64,000 nt of DNA from Lingula anatina. Its lineage: Eukaryota > Animalia > Brachiopoda. Of the stretch, positions 13,201 through 26,145 are shown in pieces (positions within the stretch are counted from its first letter, which is position 1; each line of letters begins with the position of its first letter). The translations under genes and the position numbers were made by a program. The notes beneath the pieces were generated by a model. The model was not told where the DNA came from and made no database searches. It saw nothing but the letters and a program-made list of their open reading frames with translations. The DNA is taken from NCBI GenBank assembly GCA_051362555.1, contig CM120641.1:37702401-37766400 (forward strand), given 5' to 3'.

Positions 13201-15783
13201 TATACATATTTTTTTTTTCAGAATTTACATGTATGTACAGTACTGTAGCCAGCATGCAAGTTGAATTGAAACAGTTACTGCATGGTTATTTATAATTTTG
13301 TTATAACTCACCATCATCTAAAAAAACAATGTTTTTTCATTCATTATTCAAGATTTATTCATTACAAAACTATATTCATTAGTGATTATTATTATTAATG
13401 ATATGTTTGAATTAGTTTAAAAATGACAATGTGTGCAAAAATATTTCCCCCTCAAACCCCTCCCCCATGTACATGCATGATTAATTACAATTTTTGTAAT
13501 TTGTGTTAATTCAGATTCGATGAGCAGCTTTGTGTTGAAAAAAAAATTGTTGTTATAACTGTTTTCTTTACATGTATGTAAGTGACATTTCCTCCTGTTA
13601 AGTGTCTGTATATTTGCCTTTTTGCAGTGTAGTTTTTTTTTTTTTTTTTTTCAAATATACATTGTTTTGTACAAAAAGACAAGGAGTGACCCTTAATTTG
13701 TTACATGTTAGTTGCCAGCAAGGTTATATAATGTGTAATAATTTTGTTTAGGGTTTTAGCACAGAATAAATACTTGAATCTTGAATCTTGTATGTCTTTT
13801 TTTATAGTAATCTTATTGAATAATTAAAAATAATTTTAAAAAAAGAAAAAAAAACATTCTGGGCCATATGTGGTCCATGTCTGGCCCTAATCTGGCCCAT
13901 TTGAATATGATCTGGCCCACATCTGGCCCACATCTGGCATGCCATACCTTTGCCAGATATTGCCAGATCTGGGCCGACATCTGGCCATATGAGCAAATGT
14001 GGACTGGGCCAGATGTGGCAATGTCTGGGCCAGATCTGGCCCAAACATTGCCACATCTGGCCCACATGTGGCAAGCCATACGTGGGCCATACCTTTTGCC
14101 AGACATTGCCAGACGTTGCCAGATCTGGGCCAGACGTGGGCCAGATCACTGAGGCTGTCTGGGGAATGTACATCTCATTTAGCAACTAAAGTCAGCCACT
14201 GACAATGAATAAGAATTTTTTTATCAAAAGGGAAGAGAAAGAAATGTATGAAACTCATCTTTAGTTGTCATAAAAGGTACATTTCCCTTTTTACATTACA
14301 TCTGTTTTTGCTTTAAGTGTTGTCAGATAAATTAAATATGAAAAATGCTTATGAAATTTATGAAATTGAAAGTTAAAATCCTTAGATTTTTTTTTACTTT
14401 TTTAGGGGTCTCCTGTGCCAGTTGGACCTAGTCCTCCAAATTTTATGAAGGAATTGTTTTCTTTCCTACCTCCTGTGCTGTTTGATCATGCACCAATGGG
14501 ACAGAATTTTGGTGATGTTGTCAAAAAGCCTAACCCTAAATATATGCCGGTAATTATAACAGAAATTTTATATAAATTCTTTACTTAAAATATGTAATCA
14601 TTTGTTTGGAATAGAAATCACTAGATTAGAATTTTTAAAACTGTGTCAATGTCATGACTTCAAAAATATATATAAAAATCATCAAATGGAAGAAATAACT
14701 TGTGGATTATACAAGATTCTGAAGTGTATAATCTCACTTTTGTTAATTTGTTAGAAAGCACGTTGATTTATATTTTCCAGGGAGGTACAGTAGAAGTTTC
14801 CTTCATCAGTGCAAACCCCAGGAACAACTTAATGGTAAGGGTAACAGGCCAATGACCATCAATTTCAGAGGGGGTTCTTTTTCTGATAAAGTGGACCTTT
14901 TTATCCTCTTAGTTAATCCAAGTTCGGAAATGGCATAGAACCTAGAAGAAATATTGATCCAGAATGGACTTTTACTAACCAAACGATTCGTTATTTTGAA
15001 CCCCTAACCCCCATTGCCTATGTGCCTGGGTGATTGGGGGGGGGGGGTAGTTTAAAGAAATCCAAAGGCGTGTAAAGTCATACAAGTCTTGTTGGGATAA
15101 AACATACATAGTTTGCTGCCTTTCTTGAGTTTTGTTTAGTATATGTTGGTGATTTCAGAGTGGTAAGAGTTACCTCACAGTGGAGATGAAACAGGGTGAT
15201 GGAAGCTGGAAAACTATGTTTACTGATGCAGATTGGGAAACAAGGTAACCAAGTTACATAATTATATGTTGTTGTAATACAGTAAAAGCTAGCAGTCACT
15301 TCCGACATACTCATAGTTAACTGGCTGAATTATGTGTAAAAACAGTGTAGTAAAAGCTAACGTTTATTGCATATTAGTAATAAACTGGGTATTTACAAAT
15401 ATACGTTTAGGTGACAGTTGAGGTGGTGCTTTGCAGTCAAATTATTTTTCAGTATTTTTGTAAAAAATGTAGATGGTAATTAAGCTTTTGACTTAAATTT
15501 CTTGTTTAGTTACCATTGGGAACGCACATCCACAATACTCGGGGAAAGCATTTCTGTTATCACATGGAATATACCTGATCAGCAGATGCCAGGCACCTAT
15601 AGAATACGCCATTTTGGATCATCAAAAAGCATGATTGGTGGCTCCATAACTCCATTTGAAGGCTCCACAGATATATTCCAAGTTGCAGCATCTCCCCTGT
15701 CCGAGAAGAAAGGCATTCAAAGCTATTTGAAGTTCTTGAAGCATGTCAAGCTGCAGTCAGAACTTACTGAAAATGTAGCGTAA
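4257..15783 (+). CDS. ASAH2: Neutral ceramidase copy 1 (19 coding exons per transcript, about 729 aa)
   Basis: Exons 4257-4394, 4740-4889, 5320-5496, 6101-6228, 6428-6505, 6719-6839, 7127-7249, 7632-7718, 7958-8062, 8200-8281, [8781-8893 or 9680-9792], 10092-10186, 10364-10403, 10737-10835, 11223-11318, 14406-14549, 14781-14834, 15159-15244, 15510-15783 sum to 2190 nt, open throughout. Motifs: GIADVTGP..MMGYA, SGIHTHSGPGG, WFAVHCTSMNNTN..ISGDNKG, NEGDVSPN, AMGYSFAAGTTDGPG, PGEFSTMSGRRLR, YEEYQIQRYEGAST, GTYRIRHFG. Confidence 0.96.
8781..8893 (+). CDS. ASAH2: Ceramidase 1 alternative exon 11a (duplicate of 11b)
   Basis: 113 nt, AG/GT flanked, phase 1 to 0. Encodes GSRQTSLFWNVVRNMVKKPSSHQEQCHHPKPILLDTGE with no stop or indel relative to 11b. 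Confidence 0.8.
9134..9466 (-). mobile_element. 5'-truncated RTE-clade LINE insertion
   Basis: Translation KWRWAGHVKRMKDNRWTIRLTEWIPRYGQRKRGRPVKRWRD...W..AQDR.QW is the typical RTE ORF C-terminus. It has a (TGA)n 3' tail and a perfect 12-bp target-site duplication GAACTCCAATTT at 9122-9133 and 9467-9478. Confidence 0.9.
9680..9792 (+). CDS. ASAH2: Ceramidase 1 alternative exon 11b
   Basis: 113 nt, TAG/GTAAGT flanked. Encodes GSTTSNPFWNVIRDFLSKPTPQQIKCQHPKPILLNTGE and is the closer match to the single exon 11 of copy 2 (24670-24782). Confidence 0.9.
11343..14163. mobile_element. Non-autonomous DNA transposon with CCCAG termini and subterminal ~11-bp repeat arrays (EnSpm/CACTA-like), in ceramidase 1 intron 15
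   Basis: About 59-bp TIR CCCAGACAGCCTCAGT(A/G)ATCTGGCCCACGTCTGGCCCAGATCTGGCAACGTCTGGCAAT at both ends with one mismatch. GAA flanks both ends (11340-11342 and 14164-14166). TCTGGCCCAGA-type repeats fill 11360-11570 and 13858-14145. The matching intron of copy 2 is only 286 nt. Confidence 0.85.
11707..13137 (+). mobile_element. Internally deleted Gypsy-type LTR retrotransposon relic nested in the DNA element
   Basis: Diverged ~200-230-bp direct repeats (~11707-11935 and 12932-13137). PBS TGGCGACGAGGAT at 11937-11949 is complementary to the 3' end of tRNA-Ser(GCU). PPT AAGAAAGGAAGGGA at 12918-12931 precedes TG. Gag-like fragments RWLDSFKLFADGK and RRRALMLYSAGTGVQDIFRTLPNTG, and protease motif LPDSGAYCNIID. 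Confidence 0.85.
14845..15028. mobile_element. MITE family A copy
   Basis: Runs CAGGCC..GGGGG TTCTTT..AAAGTGGACCTTTT..GAACCCC..TGCCTATGTGCCTG. Flanks are GGTAA and GGTGA. Confidence 0.6.
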
Positions 15784-18042
15784 AAGCCAACATAATTGAA
15801 ATCCAAATTCAGATTGCCATACATACGAGTGTACAGTTATTCTCAAGGGTAAATGTTTTGTTAAAGTATTTTAAAAAGTTGTACACATATTGATGTGATC
15901 AGCTGCTATCGATAAGCCAATATTTAAGCAGATTATATATAAGGAAATTGTACTGTGCAATTTTTAAATTGCACTGAGTAATTTTTAAATTTTAAATTGT
16001 ACTGTGCAATTTTTAAATTTTAGGAATTAAAATTCCTAAATATTGCTAAATTTAGTATTTATGATTATTCTTTTTTTCAGCCACTGTGTATTTATTGTTC
16101 ATGTGTTCCTTAAAATGTATAATATTTAAACAATCAAACTAAATTAGACTTTTGTCGTAAAGAAGTGATGACACTCAAATGAAATCATAGTTTTAAAATT
16201 TCTTTTTTCTGATCATGCAGTTAGTGATAAATTGCAGTTTTCTTTACCATCATATTAAGTCTTTCAGCAGTAAAACGTTAGAATGGCACATGCGAATTTT
16301 GCAATATAAAGTCGTATGTTTATCAATTTAAAAATCTTCATTTGTGTCTTACGTTATGCCTTTCTACTTACTAAAACCATTAACTCAGGTATTTTTTATC
16401 GTACTTTATTTGGTCATCATTCAGATAATATACTTTCCTTATGTTTTCAATTTCTTAAATCAGATGAAACTTTATGATCGTTGACGGTAAAACGAAATAA
16501 AGGAAAATTGAAGCAGTGCATGGTGTTTTGAGAATATCCCCCAAGATTTATCAATTTTAGTCACGACTTCACCAAGACCAACAGCTCCTGTACTATCTGG
16601 CCACAGGTTGCGCTAGTAGTCTGTTACAAAATTGTTATGGCTCGTATTTTAATTTTGTATACTGTTTCAGAAGTCCTTGCTCCCTTCAGTTACGAAACTT
16701 GTGATTTTTGTTATGGACCTCGTTCGCGAAATCGACTTTTCAAACAAAATTTGCGATCAACACTAACGACAGCCGCTTGGAAGAAAAGCGCCGCTGCTTT
16801 CTGAAGAACAGACACGCATTCTTTGAATACCGCAAATGCATGGATCAGGGGCTTTTGGGGGATCCATTACGATTACTGTCAGTTTATATAATATGTATGT
16901 GAATGTGTCAGTTTTGGTATATTACTAAATCGTTTTATTTCCCAGGTCGCCTGACGACTGATTTTGTACGTCACTCATGGACGTTTCGTTTTTACTTTAA
17001 GTCTAGGTGTGTTTTATATATGGGTGTATTTTTTTCACGCACCGCAACAAAGTCATTTCAAAATGTAGGCCTAACATTGTGGAGATGAAAAACGTAGTGA
17101 CAGTTACACGATTTTCAGTCATGTCTTACCTGTCGTAAATTATGGGCATTTACGTGGGCTGCTATCCAAGACGGTGAATACATAATGCACGTCAGTGTTT
17201 GAAATTATACCTCATAGTCAATAGTCGCCCATCCCTCCTAAGACGGACTCTCGCGTAAAAGAACAGTTATGATACTCGGGCCACGATGGCTTTTAAATAA
17301 TGACAATAGAGTTTCGTGTGTTTTTGAGAGCGGATGGTGATTTACGCCAACAGACGTACTGTATGTCAAGGTGGATAATTTTAACCACTTTTTTTTCCAT
17401 AAATAGCACCATGAACTCAATTGTCGCCCCCCTCTGCATAGAGAAAAGACGAACAGTAACGGAGGCATTTTTGTTTGTTATGCTGTTAAATCGCCAAATT
17501 GATATGACCCCAAAGAGCTCAATTAAGCCCGTTTGCACGCACACGTGCATACAGGTTAAATTCAGTCTTCCACACCCGCGTCGCATCAAAACCAATTGTC
17601 ACTCATTTATAACCAATAATTGGTTTTGATTTTTCCCTGGATACTCAGCGTTATTTGCAGAATAGGTGATTGTTTTAAAAGAATATCTAAACAAGAATTG
17701 ATGTTAATAATGATGGTTCTTAAAAATTCTATACACCCACCTTTTACAAGGGACACAGATTGATTTATTGTTTATCGAATTTTTTATATTGACATTCACA
17801 GATATGGCTAATTCATGACAATATTTTGTACTGTCCAACCAGAATTTTGATATGAAATTAATGCCATCGCTCAGTTGGCCTTTTATAGAGTACTACTTTG
17901 CATACACCCACCGTTTTAATTCACGACCCTTGAGCTTGGGAAGTAGATCCCTATAAAGCGCCAGCAAGCTGGCCCAGTTTAGTTTGTTAAGTTACACCTC
18001 GATGAGCTGCATGTCATAAAATCACATATGTGCTTGACCAAA

Positions 18043-18183
18043 ATGGTGGACTGTGTGTTAGCTAGGCATATATTGTTTGCCTGTTTTTTAGCTTGTTTGG
18101 CCACTGATTGCCAAGGAGTTGCTAATTATTACATAGGGACAGGGATCGCCGATGTTACGGGACCAGCGGCAGAAGTCAATATG
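18043..18183 (+). CDS. ASAH2: Ceramidase 2 alternative first exon 1a (signal peptide)
   Basis: Encodes MVDCVLARHILFACFLACLATDCQGVANYYIGTGIADVTGPAAEVNM, then donor GTAAAC. A TATA-like CTATAAAG lies at 17951-17958, and there is an in-frame upstream ATG at 18028. Confidence 0.8.
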
Positions 18184-21100
18184 GTAAACCTTTTCTATTA
18201 TGTCTTATGTCTATTTTTGTTTTTCCGTGTTTTCAAAAGACAAAATGAAACTAGGCCATTAATATAATACAATTTGTTCACATACTGTTGAAATTTAGAC
18301 TTAAACTTTGATCAGAAAGAAAGGCATTAGATTACAAGAGTGAAAATTGAAACGCTTTTGACTGACATATATGAGATTGATATTGAACATTTTTGTTGAT
18401 GTTTGTTTTGCTGGTAACGGGATGATAAAATGAGAAAAGTAACTTTTTCTTTAATCTAAGTTGGTTTGATTCCGACTTTCTCTGACTGATGTTTTACTGT
18501 TAGGTTAATGATCTATATGATACATTTATAGCGTTAGTGAAATATTTAATAAGTGCCAAACGATCCAAAAACAAAACACTACATGGTTTTGAATTTATGA
18601 GTTTTTACGTCTATTAGTATCACCCGAAAGTATACGTATTGCTTTTAGGAATGGAAGATATATTAATAAAAACGTTGGGATATTTTGCATAACTTGTTTT
18701 TTAAATCAGCATAATATTTGCGGAGTTTTCAGTGATAATCATATTCAAATCCTTAAACTGAATGTAAATTAAAATCATGTACATTTCAAATTGTGTACAA
18801 AATTCCCCTTTTTGGAAACAAAGAGATAAGCTTTCCTCATAAGGATGTGGATGTCGATTTAGTCCTTACAAATAGAATATAATGGATATATTTGAATATG
18901 ATTTATTTAGCATTTACAACACGAGTCGTGCACTCAGTAGACGATGAGTAGTTGTAACTGACTTATCCCACGGCTGACGCTTCGAAAAACAGGATGAATG
19001 TAACGAAGAGTATGAAAATACAGTGGAGCGTGTAAGTGAAATACAGGTTGAATTATCCTATTGTTCGAAGCGCCGGCTGTAGATAAGTTAAGAGAAGTGT
19101 TCTACGGAGGTCCATCCGCCCACCATTTAACTAGCCCCGAAAAAGTGCCAGCTGGTTGACCCGGTTTAGATGTTTACATTGCACATTTAAGAGATACGTG
19201 TCTATGTCATAGAATCACTTATACTGGTATAATTGACCGAAATGGTGGACCGTGTATCAGCCTGGAAAATCATTTTTCTTTTTTATTTGGTCACTGGCTG
19301 CTATGGAGTTGCTTATTATTACATAGGGTCAGGGATCGCTGATGTTACGGGACCAGCAGCAGAAGTCAATATGGTAAACCTTTTTTTGGAGTTTTTTTTT
19401 TTGTTTTGTTTTGCGTTAATTTGTAATTCTACTTTCAGAAAAAAAATAAAATAAAGGTTTTAATAGTTCTGTGCAAATAGTGTGAGAATTCGGCTGTGGT
19501 AGTAATGGTTAGGGGTGGTGTGTGTGTGTGTGTGGGGGGGGGGGGTCGGCTGTTTCTTTCGCCGTGTGTATGCCTAAATTCTGTTAAGTAATTAATATTC
19601 TAATTATTCTAGACCAAGACTTAACTGAGTTGTTTTCATTTGCGATACACTAATTTTTAAACCACAAATTGACCTTATTCGCTTTTACTGGACTCATGAG
19701 GGTGGCCGTTACCATAGGCAGAGTAATAATATACAATTAAAAACATTAACATCCTTTCTTAGTCCGAGTTCTCTCAAAGAGACTAATATTTTTTGCAATG
19801 GGGGTGAATTTTCGCCGGTTCCTCAACACATGTTGTATGTGCCCGCTGTTATATTTTCGCCTAAGCTCAATAGTGCGGATTATTATAATTGTCTAACGCT
19901 TTTTCTTAAACTTAACGAAAAAGAGCCAGGGAAGAATGCATTATAAATAAGGAATAAGCAGAAAAGAAACACTGAGAGATCATGCATTTGTCTTTTAGAA
20001 AAAGAATTTGATGGAATATTTCTATTCTATTATTTTGTATTATTGATCTTTTGATTTATTTACTTACATGATGACACCCTACCAACCTTTTCGGCCTGAT
20101 CCGCATCCCTCGTTTTTGTCTGCAAGTGATTAAGCAAAAAGACTCACCTGGTTTGTCCAAACTATTGTCCGGTAATAGACGCGGGAAAGTATAGTTTTTT
20201 CAGTGTGTTTAACTTATCAAAAATGTTACTGATATGACCAAATGGTAAGTCAGAAGGTGTGGTAAATGGATCTTATTCCGTCTGTCATATTTGTCAGTGA
20301 GGTGGGACTAAACTTTTTTAGTCATTTTGACTACGTTTTTTTTTCGACTCAGTGAAATATCTCTCGACCCCCTTAGGTTCCCCCCCCCCCTTTTTTCTTT
20401 TCAAAAAGATGAGGAAAACCACAAAATGATGTCACGTATCGGGAAATTTCGTTCGTTTACTGGACTTATTTCTTCTCTTTCTTTTATAAGCAACATATGA
20501 TATCCAGTTTCAACACACGTGGAAAAAAAAAACGTAGTCGTTCAATTGTCATAATAATTGTGTCGTTGATTTTAGATGGGGTATGCCAATCCATCCCAAA
20601 AAAGCCATGGGATCCATATGCGACTGTATAGCAGGGCATTTATTATTGCTGACGCTGCTAAGACGTCCAGGGTAGTCTTCGTCAATGTTGATGCATGTAT
20701 GATATCTGATATTATGAAAAAGAAGGTAAAGTTTATAAAAAATATCCACGAAAAATATTTTGTGTTAAAACAGTGCTAAGTACTCTCAACCAATATCATT
20801 TTCTGTGATAATTTGGACTATTTTAATTTAATAGGGTAGAGTTGGCTCTCCAGCGTGTTGCACAGTGTACTACACTTCTTAATATTTGTAGTTGCATTAT
20901 TGTAATTCAAAATATCTCGATTATTTTCACAATTGTAGTTCATTTTTAAAGTTTATCAATATTGCGGAATGCAATGTAGAATAGATTTTTGTCTTCGATA
21001 AATATTACACAGATTATGGACCGTTCGTGCAACATGGAAATGAGATAAACAAAAAAGATCTGCCGTCCGTCATTGTCATTTTCCTGTAACAATTTGCCAA

Positions 21101-21315
21101 ATTTGAAAAATAAAAGGATGATACACATAAAGCCAAAAAAAAAAAAAAAAGAACAGTATTATATCACTTGGTGATTATTCTATTTTGATTTTATTTTTAT
21201 CAATCTATTAATCAATTTATTTCGTATGATTCTATTCGCGTAAAAGCGCGATTTTGGGGCAGAAATTACAATCCAGTTATCAAAAATGATGACATATTGT
21301 TTGAGACATAATTAT

Positions 21316-21359
<44 letters not shown>

Positions 21360-24300
21360 GGTTGCTAATAAGCTGAAGACTCTCTACAATGGTCTTTATG
21401 ATGAAAGCAATGTCTGCGTGAGTGGAACCCATACTCACTCTGGTCCTGGGGGATATCACCGGTATGTGTTGTTTGATGTCACATCCCTTGGCTTTGTGGA
21501 GGAAAGTTTGGATCCCCTTGTTGATGGAATAGTGAAGGTAAGACTTACGTACCATAAGGGTATAGGTAGAGCTACTAGAGGGATTTGCCACGCCCTTCAA
21601 CCGCCGTCTGTTTAAATATAGCAGTCCCCCTACCGTTATCCCGTTATCCTGTTGCGCTTGTTGTATTTTGTCAGCATTTGTATTCTTTCTCTTTGTTTTA
21701 GTTATAGTATTAACGAAGAAATCAATTAAATATCTACGTCCACCGAAATGCATGTGTACGTCATGTAACAAGTACAGTTGAAAGAGAACCCTTCAAGCTC
21801 TTTTTGGAATATTCACTAGAACTGCATGTATACTCATTTGTGTAAAGTCTTTACCACGATACGGTTCTATAGTCCCACGGTTCATTGGCCGAAAAAATAT
21901 GGTTATTTTAAAGTTTACTGTTTTGAAATCCAACGTCGGTTTTAAGAATTTTATACACCAAAATATTAATATCTGGAAATTTCAACGCCCCTTTCGTAAT
22001 CATCAAGGTAGACCCTACACTGTAGTGTATCCAAAATGACATTTTTAAGTCCGGTTTTGAGATCTAAGTTTTTGATGTTCGAGTCAATCTTGTAATGAAG
22101 GCGGGTAGTTGTTGTCATGATAGTGAAAATTAAAATTTTAAGTTCAGAAATAGGTTTAAAACGCATTTTTTTTCAGGATTTTTGGATGGGGTTACTTGTG
22201 ATTAACGGCAAATTTTTAGACTTTCCAGAAAAACCATTCATTTATATAAACGTCAAACGTGCATTGTATACGTTGAAACACCTTATCTTGAAGAAAGTTG
22301 GAACAAATAAGAGAATCTTTGGACCATTTATTCCCTGGACTTTTCAGTCGTCAAGCCAATGAACTTTTATTCCTATTTTTTTAACAAGCAAAAATGTTAT
22401 ATTTTCATATTTGTAGGATCAATGAAACCTTCTGATTAATGAATCCCAGGACTGTTGAAGCAAAAATAACTTTTGAATTTTGATTTTTTCTTGACATTGC
22501 TGTTCTGCCAAAGTAAAATTTTGAGAGCTTTTGTTATTTATTATAAACCTACCAAGGAAAAAAGATTCCCCTTTTTAAATAATTTTAACAAGTGGGAATA
22601 AAAACTTAAAGAGTCAGGCAATGTGTTATCTTTTTGATCATGATAATTCAATCACAAAATATAAGTCAATTTAATTATAGAGTATCCAAAATGCCCACAA
22701 CAACATGGTTGCAGGAAATATTTACATTAACACAGGAGTACTTCTGAACAGCAACATCAACCGCAGCCCTACTGCATACCTGAATAACCCACCAGGAGAG
22801 AAGGCAAAGTAAGTACAAAAATATAACAGAAAATTTCAAGAGTTCATATTTCACATTATTTCATATTTTTAAAAACAGTATGGTATATAAGAATATAGCA
22901 TTTGTTCCTGAAATTTTTTATACTTTTCATATTGATTTTTTTTTCAATATGAATTTTATAGATACAACTACAATGTGGACAAGGACATGACCGTTTTGAA
23001 ATTTGTGGATGCAAATGGCCAGCCTCTTGGTATGATCAGGTCCGTATATCACATTTAATGATATTTTCTTTATTACAGTTACTACTGTAGGGTTTTATTC
23101 CTTGATAACAAAAAAAAAAAAAAAAAACAATCAAATGGTGGAGTGTTTTGTATCTTGGTAAACCCTCAATCCTTACAGATCTTGTCTTATCAAAAATAAT
23201 ATCTGATTCTGTGTATTATTTTAATCATAAAGAGATATGCAAACACTCCTAACACTGTATTTTCAGCTGGTTTGCTGTTCATTGCACCAGTATGAACAAC
23301 ACCAATGGTTATATAAGTGGAGATAACAAAGGATATGCAGCACAGCTGTTTGAAAGAGAAATGAACCCAGGGAGTCTGCCAGGAGAGGTAAATCTGGGAC
23401 ATTTGGTTGTTATGTCACTTATATTTGGACACTGTATCTGAAAGTTGAATATAGTTTTTTTTAATTTGTCAAAATAAAAAAATCAAAAGACATAAAAAAG
23501 AAAAGGACAATGCTACAAAAAGAAATACAATTACAAAATTATTATTATTTTTTACATGATTAAATGGGTTGCACTGTTTGGTTAGGGGAAGTTCATAGCA
23601 GCCTTTGCCCAGAGTAATGAAGGTGATGTGTCTCCAAACACCAAAGGAGCACACTGTATTGATACAGGGAAACCATGTGACGTCTCAACCAGCACATGCA
23701 ATGGAAAGGTATGGGACACGTTTCCATATGTCTTATTGAATACCACTGAATTAACTACTCACATATTTAATCTTTATTTGAATATGTATTCCTGCATGAC
23801 AAATATACAGAACTATTTTCTGAATATCTTCAGCCTGAGCTTTGTGTTGCATCAGGTCCAGGGAAGGACATGTATGAAAGCACAAAGATTATTGGAAAAA
23901 AACAGTACAAGAAAGCGAAAGTAAGTTAAATATGCCAATCTCCTTTTTTTAATTACTTTGTGAGATTTCAAGTATTTTTAACCATAATGTAATTTTTGTA
24001 TTACTTTGCATTTAAAAAAACGTTTTCTAATATTGTAACCATAATGTAATTTTAACATACTTGAAGAAATATAAAAACCATGATGTGTAGTTTGTGCATA
24101 ATATTTAATATTTTTTCACAGGAATTATTTGATAGTGCGAACACTCTTCTGACTGGTCCAGTGGACTACAGGCATCAGTTTGTGGACATGTCCAACCAGA
24201 AAGTCCAAATTGATGCCACTCATTATGTAAGTTTATGTATATATTGAGTATAAAAATTGTTTGTACTGTTTACAAAAGTAGTGTTTACATTTATTTCCAC

Positions 24301-24542
24301 ATCTCGTTATACAAAATAATTATAGAAACAATGTCACTTGAACAGTTGTGGTGTGATATTTGCTACCCTTTGTACAAACATAGTTCACAGTAGATTATTT
24401 TCAGGCCACTACTTGCCCCCCAGCTATGGGATATAGTTTTGCTGCAGGAACCACTGATGGGCCAGGCTCGTTTGACTTCACACAAGGTATGGAGTCTTTA
24501 AAAGTGTATTCTTCTTTTGAATTAGTCATTTCAATTTTCATA

Positions 24543-24586
<44 letters not shown>

Positions 24587-26089
24587 AAGGTATACAGCTG
24601 AGATTTCTGGTAAGATGTATGCCATCAATAATCTTTTAAAAATTAAAAAAAAAACTTATTTATTTGAAGGTACTACCACTGGTAACCCATTCTGGAACTT
24701 CGTGCGTAACATTTTATCTAAACCCAGCCGAGCACAAATCCAGTGCCAGCACCCTAAGCCTATCCTCTTGAACACAGGGGAGGTATGTAAATGCATTCTC
24801 TGAGTGACTTGTTAATGTTCAAAACATTATGGTATCCTAATGCAAAAATGCTACATGGTTAATTTGAATATATCTCTAATGCAATTTTGGTTTTTCCAGT
24901 TGTTTTCCTCAAAATCTTATTTGTATTGACCAACTTGAGTCAGAATTCTAAAATGATAAAGGTACATAGTATTTTTGTTTACATCCCTTTACTTACTCGA
25001 CCCTGATGATTCCCTGTGTTGCTACTCCACCTCTGGTAAAAACTAATTCTTAATTTCAAAAATAATTGTAAATACCTGGACCCAAAAATGGCAACTATTT
25101 TGATTTATCATAAAAAAATGATGAGAATAAGAAACAGTGCTGGAGAGGATCAACACAGGTGCAGGGGAATATCAATGTGGATAATATCATTACTTTTGGT
25201 AGGGGGAATAATGATGTGGAGAAGTAAAGTGAGGGGGACTAACATTGTGAGACAAAAGGGGTAGATGCCTTATTTTTGAAAATTTAATGGACTTTTCATC
25301 AGATGTCCTTCCCATATCCATGGCAACCAAGTGTAGTTCCCACTCAGATTCTGAGGATTGGGGAGCTGATGATACTAGCAGTTCCTGGAGAATTTAGGTA
25401 ACTTATATTCAGTAGGGATGTGTATTTCTCTAGATAATTTGTGAAATTCTACTGAAAACGCAATATATGAAAAAAGCAAAAAAGTTAATAAACTATCCTG
25501 GCTTCTTTATTGAGTTTCAGTCAAGTGCATGGTGGTGCATAAACTCCTATATTCTGAGCCATGATTATGACATACCAGTACATGTACATGAATATATCTG
25601 AAAAAATAAAGAATGTTTGTTTCAGTAACATGTATCTACTTCAGTAGAGGTTAGTAATGCTCTATATTTTTGCAATGCTTGTTAATGAAATAGATTATGT
25701 GATGTTGCTTTTTTTACCTTATATCAGATTAAGGATATTATCCTTATTCCTCCATTAATCTTTCAGTACAATGGCAGGTAGAAGATTGCGAAATGCTGTC
25801 ACTGAGGTATGGTTTATTTGTATTAAGATGATAACTTGTAAAAAAATAATTATATCATGCAAAAGAGAACGGGTTCTTAAAATTATATTTTAGGTACATG
25901 ACACAGTTCATTGTAAATGATGCTGTCTCATGTTCAAATTTCTTGTGTATTTTATTTAACACAGACAGTATTCCTGTTGAGGTAGATAAATTAGTTAGTA
26001 TTTCCCCCCTCCCTCCCCCAATAAAAAAATTGTGAAGAGAATTGTGTTATTCAAAAACCACAGAACTGTGACAAATTACTTGATAATAT

Positions 26090-26145
<56 letters not shown>

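Noticed and set aside
11268-14202. Several overlapping 65-127 aa ORFs rich in W, P, D, L, Q and C at both ends of the intron
   Set aside because: They are translations of the ~11-bp subterminal repeats of the DNA transposon, open on both strands, with no gene structure.
16700-17630. CpG-rich intergenic ORFs of 60-109 aa
   Set aside because: There is no recognisable domain or consistent exon chain. They are more likely promoter-proximal or TE-derived sequence.
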